A stretch of 64,000 bases of DNA from a virus. The notes beneath the pieces were generated by a model. That model did no database searches. It was given only the letters and a program-made list of their open reading frames with translations, and was not told where the DNA came from. Positions within the stretch are counted from its first letter, which is position 1; every line of letters begins with the position of its first letter. Of the stretch, positions 36,796-46,042 are shown one piece after another. Where the stretch lies: positions 1-64,000 of the IMG/VR virus record IMGVR_UViG_3300047160_006395; one strand, written 5' to 3'. The position numbers and the translations under genes were made by a program.

Positions 36796-39525
36796 TCACA
36801 CGATGACCATGTAGTTTCCGTCTGGTGGCTGCGGCTTGGGAATCTCAAACTGGGGCTGCGCGTACAAACCTTCGGTAACCCGTGGTGAGATCGGGTTGCC
36901 GTTCGCATCATACTTGGCTGGCGTCCTGGTCCGCGGAATGCTAGCCCCTGTCGACGGGTCGAAGAGCGCCAGATCCATCTGGATGTAGGTGCTGTTATCC
37001 CGCCACGGTCTCTTGCCGGGAAAAGGCATGGTCTCTTCGGGCGCATTACCGTTGACCGAGACTTCGGTCCATTGCGTCAACGTCTGACCGGCAAGCCGGG
37101 CCAGCTGCTGCCACCGATCCTCGAAGAGCTGGAAGTTACCCGTGCGATATTGCTGCGGGTTCCTGAAAGTGAAATGGACTGACTTGATGGTATCATCGTT
37201 TCCAGCCTGCTGATCCGCGTACAACCCGTTGGGGAAAAGGGTCTGCCAGTACGACTCAAGAGCAGAGTCGATGGTGGCTACGTTTGTTTGATCCTGATTC
37301 AGGGTCTGATAAGCAAGGAACAGACCCTGACCACCCATCCCACCGACCATGTAGTCGAACGCTGGAGCCATTTCACTACCAAAGTAACCCGCCACACATT
37401 CGATGTTGCCCCTGACAAGAATGCTGTTCTGAAACAGGCCAACCCCTTCAACAGAAAGACTCGCACCGATCATGTTGTCGGTAGCCGACCAAAGGTTGAA
37501 AGCCTTGATGTTCCCATTCGTGCCGAAGTTATCCGTGATCGTCTGGCTGACAAAGTTAGCGATCGCGCTGGCCTGGAACGTAATTGTCTGCTGGCCAGCA
37601 GCGGCGTCGACAACGATGAAACCAGGGTCCACGTCACCGCCGCCGGTGCGGAGATAGATGTTCTTGGCCCAGACAACAGCATCACCATGAGCCACCTTGA
37701 CCTGGAAGCCGCCCATGGCTACGGCTTCACCGACGACGTTCTGGTATCCGTAGTTCGACGGAGCTTTGCATTCGATGAGCACTCCGCCTGTGTTGCCGTC
37801 ATTACCGCCAAGCATGTGCAAGTTGCGCTGAGCCATGAGCCGCAAGTCGTGCGTGGTAACCGACAGATCCATCGAGTTCTTGGCTCTGATGCAGGTATCA
37901 TGGCCGGCCAGGACGTTGAAGTTCCGGCCGGACTTGACCCACACATCACCCGGCGCCGTGAGAAAGATGTGCCCGCCGCTCATACGGATCTCGGCGCCAT
38001 AGCCATCACCGAGGACGACGCCCCCATCGTCAAACATGCTGAGGTATGACTGGTTCGGATAGTACTTCACGCCCTTGTAACGATGATCGACCGTCTGCAC
38101 GACCGGTTTCGGCTGGTATAGATAGAACTGGGTGGCCAGATCACCAAAGCTGATCGGCGCCTGACCTTGCCCGATAAAAGTTTCGGATTCCTCCTTGATC
38201 GCCCAATCGTACTGGTGGAAGTGGAATGGGTGCGCACCGAGCCAGTTGAAGACCCAGGCATGCACATCCATCAGGCCGGCCGCCTGTTGGAGGTGGGGTG
38301 GGTACTGATCGCTAGCCTGAATCTCTCCGGTAACTTTGTGGGCTTCGCCGGCACCAGTGAGACCAGCAAATTTGTAATTCGCCTCGTTATCACCGTTGGC
38401 GTTTTCGGCCCGCACCATCCGCTTTACTTGCGGGATGGCAGGGTACTTGACGATATGGACCGCCTTGGCCGAACGCATCGAATATCTGCCGTCAAGCCCG
38501 AGGTTCTCCTCCCACAGAGCCACGTGCTTGCCGGGATCCGAGCTATAGGCATTGGGGCCGCTTGGGGGCGGGGCCTGAACCATTCGCTTGCCGCCTTGTC
38601 CCAGGTAGCCCCGGAACAGAAGCGAGCGATGGAAAGCCATCTGATCATCCTTGGCGGGCTCTACAGCGGCGTAGTGGGGCGTATTGAACTGAACGTCCTG
38701 CGGGTCAACATCTCTGTAAGGATCAACGGTGGGATCGACAGAGCCGCATTGCTCCCACGGATAAGGCGTGAAGCCATCGTAGTGATGAACCTCACGCTCA
38801 TCGATGTAGATCTCGGACTCGTGCCCGCCTGAGAATGCCTGGGTGTTGTACCCGGCCAGCCGCAGAAGCTGGTCATGATAGAACGCAAAGACGCCAGTGG
38901 CCTCATCCACGGCGCACTGGACCATGAATGGATCCAGAAACTGACGCAACCCGGTCTCGGTGATCGCACCCCACTCACCCAACGACATGCCATCGAATGG
39001 CCGGCCGCAAGAGAAGTCAGCGATGCCACCATGAGCCGCGGTTCCGAATGGCGCAGAATGGGTCTGATCAACCCGCAGACCGCAGCGGCTGGTCTGGTGG
39101 ATGAAGTCTGACAAGGACAGCGTGCCGTCAGTCAGAGGGGAAGGATAGCCACCCAGAATGATCCCGTAGTCGCCAGCCAGAAAACGTATGACGAGAACTT
39201 CAGTCCCAGGACCGATCGAAGTGATCGCACGAGGACCAACAGGCAAGATGCCATTGGGTATCAAGGGCATGCAGACCAGCACACCGCCGTTACGCTCGAG
39301 CATCACGCGATAACAATGAGCGTAAGCGATGACGTCGACGACCCGGCCCCGGAATATCTCGGGTCCGATTCCAAGATTCCTGATTATGCCGCGGATAGTT
39401 GACTGAGCATCGTCAACCGGAGTCGTCACCGCGTTGGGGCTGCTCTTCTGTCGCCAGCCCTGTTCATACGATGCACGGGAAACCGGCCCAAACAAGGGCT
39501 GGCGTCCCTCGCTATCATTAGCCAT
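36796..39525 (-). CDS. Central spike / gp5-VgrG-like protein
   Basis: N-terminal OB-fold-like GRVVDV...GTEVLV...GIILG; beta-helix-like DDGGVVLGDGYGAEIRMSGGHIFLTAPGDV. Confidence 0.65.
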   Translation of the reverse strand: MANDSEGRQPLFGPVSRASYEQGWRQKSSPNAVTTPVDDAQSTIRGIIRNLGIGPEIFRGRVVDVIAYAHCYRVMLERNGGVLVCMPLIPNGILPVGPRAITSIGPGTEVLVIRFLAGDYGIILGGYPSPLTDGTLSLSDFIHQTSRCGLRVDQTHSAPFGTAAHGGIADFSCGRPFDGMSLGEWGAITETGLRQFLDPFMVQCAVDEATGVFAFYHDQLLRLAGYNTQAFSGGHESEIYIDEREVHHYDGFTPYPWEQCGSVDPTVDPYRDVDPQDVQFNTPHYAAVEPAKDDQMAFHRSLLFRGYLGQGGKRMVQAPPPSGPNAYSSDPGKHVALWEENLGLDGRYSMRSAKAVHIVKYPAIPQVKRMVRAENANGDNEANYKFAGLTGAGEAHKVTGEIQASDQYPPHLQQAAGLMDVHAWVFNWLGAHPFHFHQYDWAIKEESETFIGQGQAPISFGDLATQFYLYQPKPVVQTVDHRYKGVKYYPNQSYLSMFDDGGVVLGDGYGAEIRMSGGHIFLTAPGDVWVKSGRNFNVLAGHDTCIRAKNSMDLSVTTHDLRLMAQRNLHMLGGNDGNTGGVLIECKAPSNYGYQNVVGEAVAMGGFQVKVAHGDAVVWAKNIYLRTGGGDVDPGFIVVDAAAGQQTITFQASAIANFVSQTITDNFGTNGNIKAFNLWSATDNMIGASLSVEGVGLFQNSILVRGNIECVAGYFGSEMAPAFDYMVGGMGGQGLFLAYQTLNQDQTNVATIDSALESYWQTLFPNGLYADQQAGNDDTIKSVHFTFRNPQQYRTGNFQLFEDRWQQLARLAGQTLTQWTEVSVNGNAPEETMPFPGKRPWRDNSTYIQMDLALFDPSTGASIPRTRTPAKYDANGNPISPRVTEGLYAQPQFEIPKPQPPDGNYMVIV

Positions 39526-39603
39526 GACGCTGACCACCTTGCGGTGAGGTTATGGGCACTAAGGCCCGGGTGAATAGTGCTGGCGGCCGCCGCGCTATGA
39601 ATG

Positions 39604-40215
39604 CTAGAACGGCGCTGTTGGAGCAGGCACTTCATTGGCGACTGTCGTGGAATTTCCTTCCGTGTTGAACATCTGGACGAACATCAGCTGAAGTTGTTCG
39701 TTGATCACCATATCTTGCGCGGCAACGCTGATACCGACGTTAATAAGTACAGCGAAACTGATGGTGAACTTGGCGTTACCGTACTTCGCAACTCGTCCCG
39801 GGTTGTTATCCGACGAGTAACAGCCAGTACCGATGTAGAGATTCATCGTGTTGTTCTGGGCGTTACAGACATCGCCGAACGCAGTGTAAAAAGCTGCCAT
39901 GAGTACGGCCGGACCGATAACCCGGCCGATTGTCATGTTGCCCTGCACGCGACCACCAACGAAGTAGGTGTAGTTCGAGCCGATCTCATAAAGTCGGGTA
40001 ACTTGTTGCTGGTAACCAATGTTGACATTCTGCACGATCATTCCGGGCCCGAGCAGGCCACCGCTGCCGCGGCTAAATATGCCACCCTGTTGCGGGCCAA
40101 GAGGAATTGACGAGGCACCAACCGTACCAGAGAAAGCAACGGCGGCGCCATCGGCGGACCAAGCTCCGCCCAGAACATTCATCGTCTTATTGAAAATATC
40201 GGTGCCTGATGCCAT
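39604..40215 (-). CDS. Tail tube protein
   Basis: Directly after sheath; QQQVTRLYEIGS motif; GGAGG RBS. Confidence 0.75.
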   Translation of the reverse strand: MASGTDIFNKTMNVLGGAWSADGAAVAFSGTVGASSIPLGPQQGGIFSRGSGGLLGPGMIVQNVNIGYQQQVTRLYEIGSNYTYFVGGRVQGNMTIGRVIGPAVLMAAFYTAFGDVCNAQNNTMNLYIGTGCYSSDNNPGRVAKYGNAKFTISFAVLINVGISVAAQDMVINEQLQLMFVQMFNTEGNSTTVANEVPAPTAPF

Positions 40216-40231
40216 TGGTTAGACCTCCATG

Positions 40232-43000
40232 TCAGACAACGAGATGGACCTCGAGATTGTTCAACGGGTAAGGTAGCGTGACATCGATCACGCAGACCAC
40301 CCGATCCGGGAGGATAGCGTGAGGTTGGAGACTGACGACTGTCGCAGCAATCAGCTGAGGACCAAGCCGGGCAATGGTCCCATTGGACTTCAGGAAGTTG
40401 ATGCACGAATCGATCTCAACGCCCAGAATCATGAGGCCCGAAGGCGTGACGTTCATCAGACCGATAAAAGGAGCCAGCCGCAGGGCGAACAGATAAGAGA
40501 TCGAGTCGAGGTTGGTCGTGACCATCTCTTCCGATGAATTCACGTCCGTGTTGTCGGTAGTCAAGGCATGACGAGTGTAAACCGTCCCATCCGGCGACTG
40601 AGTCACAATCCATGTGCCAGCTCCAGCCATGACGTTGAGCTGGTTACCGCCGAAAAAGTTGGTGGTACGGGTCAAGTCATCGAATCCCGCGATCTGAAGA
40701 TTGGTCATGCCTTGGTGGGGCAAGATGCCAGATCGCAAACCGGCCAGGGCACAAGCAAGGTAATATCCTTCCATGAGTACCCCGCCGCTGCCGACCGTGT
40801 CCGGCCAGACCATCTTCACGCGGCGGCTGCCAAAGCTGCCGGCTTGCTCGGCAAGGTCCGCGGCAATCTCATCCTTGCTCAGGTATCGCCAGACTTCGAT
40901 CTTCTGTGGCGTCCCTATTTTTGCTGGCGGTCCAGACATCAGCAGGAGTGAGTCTTCCGTGAGCACTTGATCGATGATGTACTCATCATAGATCTCATTG
41001 CCGCTACTATCGATGCCGTAGTCGGTCCGTACCACATCGCCAGGCTGCACCCTATTGGCGATGAAGTTGGAATTGCTAGGGGTAGGAACGGTGAGCAAGG
41101 TGTATTCAATACCCACCGCCGCGTTGTTCACGTCGATAGTAGCCATGACGACCTGGCCGTTCGACGAGTTAGCCTGGTCGACGACCGCGGCCTGACTCTT
41201 GGCCTGGATGGAGCCCCAAAGCGCGCGCCAACGCGCTTGTTCTGGCGACGATTCATCATTGACGTGTGCCGCGTACAGATCTTGAACCTGGCGGTCGAAG
41301 GTCAGCGGCACGAGGTTGTACACGTCAACGCGACCGACCAACAGATCCAGAACCGCAACCCAGGAATTAAGATCATCAGGGTTAGCAACAGCAGTGAACA
41401 TCACAAACGAGCCGTTGCTGTTGGAGAGCGCGTTGTAGACCCCCCACTTGAGCGGGTTATCAGGAGTGAGCGGCCCGCTGATAGCTTCGTCGATGGTGCC
41501 AACATCGTAGATCCCGTTGACGCTGTTAGCCAGGTCAGAGATCCAGGCACGGTACTCGACATAGATATCGCCAGAAGTGACCGTTAGCGGGCGAGGCTGG
41601 CCGCCGGCGGTGAATTCCTCGTCGTAAGCAATGATCCCGCCATTGACGATGATCTGGGTTCCGTTCTGCGTCCAGTTGGTGATGCCGTCAGAGATCTGAT
41701 CGACCATAATGTTACGCTGCACAGACAGCGTCAGATCAAGATTGGGCGGCGTCGCCTGCCCCACCAACTCCGATGGCAGATTGTGACCCAGAACAAGGAC
41801 AGCCATGCGACCTTCCTGTACGCCGGTAACGATAACGTAGAACTTATCACCCTTGCGAATACCGGTCGGGGCAGGGCTACCGCTGAACTGGATCAGCAGC
41901 CCATCCGTACCGACAGGGTAGGTGTTGGCAAGATTGTTGACTATCTGAGGCGGACTACTGTCAGTGCCGAGCGTAGTAATGGCACTGAACATGGGGTAGT
42001 CAGGACCAGCAAGATGCCCGCCCTGGGTGAATTCGATGATGTAAGTCGTCGACTGAGCACCACGGAAGCCGCCAACAACGGCACTAGAGGTAGCCGAGAT
42101 TGCCGAGTAGGCAGACTGGACGGCTATCGTGAAAACTTGGCCCGAGATCAGATCGCCCGTTCCAGTGAATGTCAATGACAACCCACGGTTGCCTACCGTA
42201 AAAGCAGTACCTGACGCGGCACAAGGAACCCCCATGGCGCTGTCATGACCACTGGCCGTGGTGGCATTCACTGTGGCGGTCGCCAGCGTGCCTCCGCTCG
42301 ACGAGTCTGCAATCGTGATCGTGTAGGTATCGTCCAACACACCATCAGCCAGCGCGTCATAATTGGTGATGCTGGCTGTCAGAGTCGGGCCGGTATAGCC
42401 AGTAGGCGGAGTAACGATCGCACTACCCGTCGGATTGGTCTTTCCGTTAGCGCCATCCGAACTCGCTGATCCAACGGACGCACCAGTTGGATCAGCCTCA
42501 ACGGCCATGACGTAGGTATCGAGTTCGTAGTTCGTACCGCCAGAAGCACCGCGGATATGCACCAGGTCGCCGGGCTGCACATCGCGATCGAAAAGCAGCG
42601 GATAGCGAGGATAAGCGCCGTTGAGTGCGAAACCGCAAGTCGGAAGATTCGTATCGTCGCAACGAATCTGATTGCTGCTGTTGACGACCGGTGTGACCTT
42701 GCTGGTACCGGTGCCGGCAGCGGTCAGATCCACATAGTACTCAAGATCGGCATTGTCGATGTAGATCTTGGTGTAATTGAAGTCGATGATGCCGCCTGGA
42801 GGCCGCTGCGGCCACTCACTAACAATGGTGTTGAGCGGATCATAGGCACCCAGAAAAGCCAGGAGCTTCTCATTAGGCTCCGCGTAGCGAAGCAGGAAGG
42901 CGTGTGGCCCGGAGATGTGTGCGTTCAGCGTGCCCGTCAGGGCAGCCGGGGCAATGTTGAACTCCTGGAACACCAGGACTTGCGGTACGATGTAAGCCAT
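40232..43000 (-). CDS. Contractile tail sheath protein (922 aa)
   Basis: YIVPQVLVFQE N-terminus; CALAGL, RHALTTD, EEMVTTNLDSI, PYPLNNLEVHL C-terminus. Confidence 0.88.
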   Translation of the reverse strand: MAYIVPQVLVFQEFNIAPAALTGTLNAHISGPHAFLLRYAEPNEKLLAFLGAYDPLNTIVSEWPQRPPGGIIDFNYTKIYIDNADLEYYVDLTAAGTGTSKVTPVVNSSNQIRCDDTNLPTCGFALNGAYPRYPLLFDRDVQPGDLVHIRGASGGTNYELDTYVMAVEADPTGASVGSASSDGANGKTNPTGSAIVTPPTGYTGPTLTASITNYDALADGVLDDTYTITIADSSSGGTLATATVNATTASGHDSAMGVPCAASGTAFTVGNRGLSLTFTGTGDLISGQVFTIAVQSAYSAISATSSAVVGGFRGAQSTTYIIEFTQGGHLAGPDYPMFSAITTLGTDSSPPQIVNNLANTYPVGTDGLLIQFSGSPAPTGIRKGDKFYVIVTGVQEGRMAVLVLGHNLPSELVGQATPPNLDLTLSVQRNIMVDQISDGITNWTQNGTQIIVNGGIIAYDEEFTAGGQPRPLTVTSGDIYVEYRAWISDLANSVNGIYDVGTIDEAISGPLTPDNPLKWGVYNALSNSNGSFVMFTAVANPDDLNSWVAVLDLLVGRVDVYNLVPLTFDRQVQDLYAAHVNDESSPEQARWRALWGSIQAKSQAAVVDQANSSNGQVVMATIDVNNAAVGIEYTLLTVPTPSNSNFIANRVQPGDVVRTDYGIDSSGNEIYDEYIIDQVLTEDSLLLMSGPPAKIGTPQKIEVWRYLSKDEIAADLAEQAGSFGSRRVKMVWPDTVGSGGVLMEGYYLACALAGLRSGILPHQGMTNLQIAGFDDLTRTTNFFGGNQLNVMAGAGTWIVTQSPDGTVYTRHALTTDNTDVNSSEEMVTTNLDSISYLFALRLAPFIGLMNVTPSGLMILGVEIDSCINFLKSNGTIARLGPQLIAATVVSLQPHAILPDRVVCVIDVTLPYPLNNLEVHLVV

Positions 43001-43047
43001 TGCTATCGGAGCCTCCGTGCGAGTCGAATGGTTTCGTCAGTCCGTTG

Positions 43048-43737
43048 TTACCCGATCCCGGGGCCGCAAACCCCGCAGAGCCGGCCGCCAAGATCCGTTG
43101 GCGAGAACATATTCGCCGATAGCACGAAACGCTTCAGCTTGGGCACATCCTGTTCGATGGTCCAATGCAACTGTGAAGCGTACGCGACGGTGATTGGAAC
43201 GGCAAAATTCTCCGTCGCCTCTTGCAGCTCATTCACGGGGCCCAGTTCCGAGACACTGAAGCGCGTCAGGTTCAGCGTTCGACGAATGAGGGAGCTGAAC
43301 ATCAGCATCTCCCGGAACACTTCGGCACCGAGGATCTCGACCTCGCCGCCCTCGCCGGCCAAACAGAACAAAGTATGAGAGCCACGCATTAGCACGCAGT
43401 AGCGCTCGTATCCATCTGGTGACGGAGTTAGCCGATCGTCGATGGATAGACGTTCAGGCGTCCACGCATTTCGTTTGATAATGATGGCCGGCCGGTTTTC
43501 AACGGCGGCCGGTTTCCAGTCCGTAATGCTCGCGATCAGGATACCATTTCTGGTGTTAGCACTCCAGAGAACGTCGCGTAGCTCTGGATGCTCGATGTTC
43601 TGGCGCCGGGAGAAATGATCCCCGAGCCACTGAAGCAGGAAGCCAGTCATTAAGATCGGCGTGAGCCCGAATGAACACGGGTTCGAGTAGTGCTCGATCC
43701 TCAGTTCAGGGTTGCCGTTGGAAGGGATCTCGTCCAT
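43048..43737 (-). CDS. Putative tail terminator/completion protein
   Basis: RPAIIIKR motif; between neck genes and sheath. Confidence 0.6.
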   Translation of the reverse strand: MDEIPSNGNPELRIEHYSNPCSFGLTPILMTGFLLQWLGDHFSRRQNIEHPELRDVLWSANTRNGILIASITDWKPAAVENRPAIIIKRNAWTPERLSIDDRLTPSPDGYERYCVLMRGSHTLFCLAGEGGEVEILGAEVFREMLMFSSLIRRTLNLTRFSVSELGPVNELQEATENFAVPITVAYASQLHWTIEQDVPKLKRFVLSANMFSPTDLGGRLCGVCGPGIG

Positions 43738-43799
43738 TGCTGCCAGCTTCCTTGCCCGGAGGCCGCCCCAGGAGTTTATCGATCACCTCTGGGTCCGGC

Positions 43800-44762
43800 T
43801 CATAACTCATCATGTCCTTGGGAGTCATTTGCGGCAACAGGCGACCACCCCGCCATGGCTTGGTACGGCTCTGGTCGGGGCGCGCAGGGGTTTCTGAGTT
43901 GCTCACGAGTCAGTGGAACCTCCACAGTGTAGATGACATCGGTGAATGGTGCCAGTCGTAACTCAGCCTGAGACACCAAAGGAACTGAACGGATCTCGGC
44001 AACATGCTTGACCCGATGGAAGTAAAAACGCAAGTCAGATTGATCAGCTACGAACGCATCCCAGTGAGCCACAGGCGGGTCATGGATGATCCTGGCCTGC
44101 CGGACCAACGAATCATCATCGATCGTACCGCGGCCCTGAAGTTCATCACGTTGCTCGTAAAGCCCGCTAGGTTCGGCATCCAGATCGTAGGGAACCGGCG
44201 CGTAGAAACCACCAAAGAATTCAGTCCCGACAGTAGCCGGATCGACTGTCTTGGTGATCTCGCCGGTCAGATAGTCCGTAACAGAGTTACGGCGATCAGT
44301 CGGGTCAGGTGTTACCCCGGTCCGCTGCCGCTTCAATAACCAGCCTTGAACAACACCGGCGATGCGAAACCGCAGCCGTTCTTTCCTGACGATGAGGCGG
44401 GCCCTGACCCAGCCCCGACTATCGAGAGTGCCGAAAACACCCATAGGTTCTGAGGTGTACTCACCCACAGGTGTACGGAGTATGACACGAAAGTGCGTCG
44501 TCAAGTTGCGACCACCGGTCAAGATCGGGTCCATACTGATGACGACGGTGAACCAATTGGGCAACCAGTCGGTAAGGTCTGTCCAGATCGACGTATCGAC
44601 ACCGGTATCAGAAACCTGCGGCAGGAATTCCCAGGGCGGCGGATCACAGAACCACGGCGCCATCTCCCAGCTCAGTCGGCTCTGGCCTGCCACCATGTGG
44701 TCGATGCGCAGCCGCTTGAAGACTGGGTTCCGGGTGTAGGGGTTGAGCATATCCGGCGTCAC
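43800..44762 (-). CDS. Putative head-closure/neck protein (gp14-like)
   Basis: WLLKRQRTG...GTEFFGGFYAP motif; synteny. Confidence 0.55.
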   Translation of the reverse strand: MTPDMLNPYTRNPVFKRLRIDHMVAGQSRLSWEMAPWFCDPPPWEFLPQVSDTGVDTSIWTDLTDWLPNWFTVVISMDPILTGGRNLTTHFRVILRTPVGEYTSEPMGVFGTLDSRGWVRARLIVRKERLRFRIAGVVQGWLLKRQRTGVTPDPTDRRNSVTDYLTGEITKTVDPATVGTEFFGGFYAPVPYDLDAEPSGLYEQRDELQGRGTIDDDSLVRQARIIHDPPVAHWDAFVADQSDLRFYFHRVKHVAEIRSVPLVSQAELRLAPFTDVIYTVEVPLTREQLRNPCAPRPEPYQAMAGWSPVAANDSQGHDEL

Positions 44763-46012
44763 CAGGTAAGCCCCCTCTGAGCAGGAATATAGATCCTCGA
44801 GTAGTCAGAAGGCAGCTCACCCCAGCCTGCTTCCAGGTTGGCCGAGATCTTGCGTTGCTGCACCCACTGCTTGTAGTCGGCCCAGATAGTAGCAGCGACC
44901 TCTTCGTACTGCTGGGCCTTGGTGCCATGCTCATCGAATGAAACACCGCCGGCCGAATAAGCAACCTGGTTGCGGCGATGCCATTCGGCGGCCAGCCGGA
45001 AGAGCATGGCCTTGGCCCCTTGCTTCCACCAGTACCGATAGGGAAAGTTCTGGGTGGTGTAGCTGGGCGGAACTGGCGGCAATGCCTCGTTCCAGTAGTC
45101 AACGACACTGCGCAGCGCCGCAATGATCTCAGAGTTATCCCAGTACACCGAATCATCAAGCAGTTCACTCTCCAGCGGGGAGCTATCCCGCAGCTCCAGC
45201 CGCATCTCGGCAATCGAAGGTGGCCCGTGGTACTGGAAGGCGCCAAAGAGACTTTGCTCGACGACCAGGAAGAACTTGTTGCTGATGGCGACGCAGGTGC
45301 CTTCGGCATCAAAAACGCCCATCTCGGCGACGTAGATGCCAGGACCACCCAGCGCCGCAGGGTCGATGTCAGCAACCATCAACCCAGAAGATGGGTCACT
45401 CGAGCTAGCTGCGAAGTCCTGGGAGTAGTTGTAGCAATCCGGCGCGATCCGCAACGTACCCATAACCAGGGCCTGGACACCGGCTTCACAGATGCTCAGG
45501 TCAACCGGACAACCCTGACCATCGACCATTGTCCAGGCGACCGACGGACATGGCGCAGCGCTGACAACGACGGTCTTGATACGCTGCGTAACGGGGATCG
45601 TTTCGATCGTGGCGATGGTTGGCGAAGAAGGTGGCGTTTCACAAGGCTCGAGGATTGACCGCGGCGCCGCAATAGGTGGTGGGACAACGCGCACCCGCGG
45701 CCCGGCCCTGCGCGCTGGTTGAGCGGCCCGCTTTACAAGAGCGGCCGGACCAATGAGAACTGCACCCTGTTCGGGCGTAACCTCGAAAGCAACAGTCTGC
45801 GGGCTAGGCCCGCCTGTATCCCATACAAGCTGTCCGCGAAAGTGACTGGGATAGGCAATGGCTGCGCCGTACTGGCCGCTGCCCAGATCCTCGACGCCCT
45901 GAACAACCCTGGGACCAATTGGCTTGCCGGCTTTCACCAGCGTGTAGCCGATGGTCTTCAAACCGGCCTTGATCGGGCCGAAGTCAACTCTGGTATAGGG
46001 TTCAAATGCCAT
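44759..46012 (-). CDS. Putative neck/head-tail adaptor (gp13-like) with extra N-terminal beta domains
   Basis: LRDSSP...VDYWNEALP...RNQVAYSAGGVSFD C-terminal domain; AAGGAGG RBS. Confidence 0.6.
   Translation of the reverse strand: MAFEPYTRVDFGPIKAGLKTIGYTLVKAGKPIGPRVVQGVEDLGSGQYGAAIAYPSHFRGQLVWDTGGPSPQTVAFEVTPEQGAVLIGPAALVKRAAQPARRAGPRVRVVPPPIAAPRSILEPCETPPSSPTIATIETIPVTQRIKTVVVSAAPCPSVAWTMVDGQGCPVDLSICEAGVQALVMGTLRIAPDCYNYSQDFAASSSDPSSGLMVADIDPAALGGPGIYVAEMGVFDAEGTCVAISNKFFLVVEQSLFGAFQYHGPPSIAEMRLELRDSSPLESELLDDSVYWDNSEIIAALRSVVDYWNEALPPVPPSYTTQNFPYRYWWKQGAKAMLFRLAAEWHRRNQVAYSAGGVSFDEHGTKAQQYEEVAATIWADYKQWVQQRKISANLEAGWGELPSDYSRIYIPAQRGLTW
45578..45596. repeat. Intragenic copy of palindrome GATACGCTGCGTAACGGGG
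   Basis: 16/16 match to 28185-28200; 18/19 match to 63292-63310. Confidence 0.6.
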
Positions 46013-46042
46013 GGAACGAGCCTCCTTGCCGGTTTTTTGATC

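Noticed and set aside
36789-37046. ORF-track N-terminal extension of the chaperone gene (similarly 12039-12068 and 9806-9841)
   Set aside because: The extension overlaps the upstream gene; downstream starts have better RBS or coupling.
24720-43000. Bacterial eCIS, T6SS or tailocin interpretation
   Set aside because: Neck/head-closure-like genes, a long TMP, HNH genes and a phage-type sigma are present, with no AAA ATPase or membrane complex; a phage fits better, although capsid and terminase lie outside the window.
43706-43906. 66-aa minus-strand ORF bridging neck and terminator genes
   Set aside because: It overlaps both neighbours substantially and has no clear RBS; cannot be supported, though not excluded.
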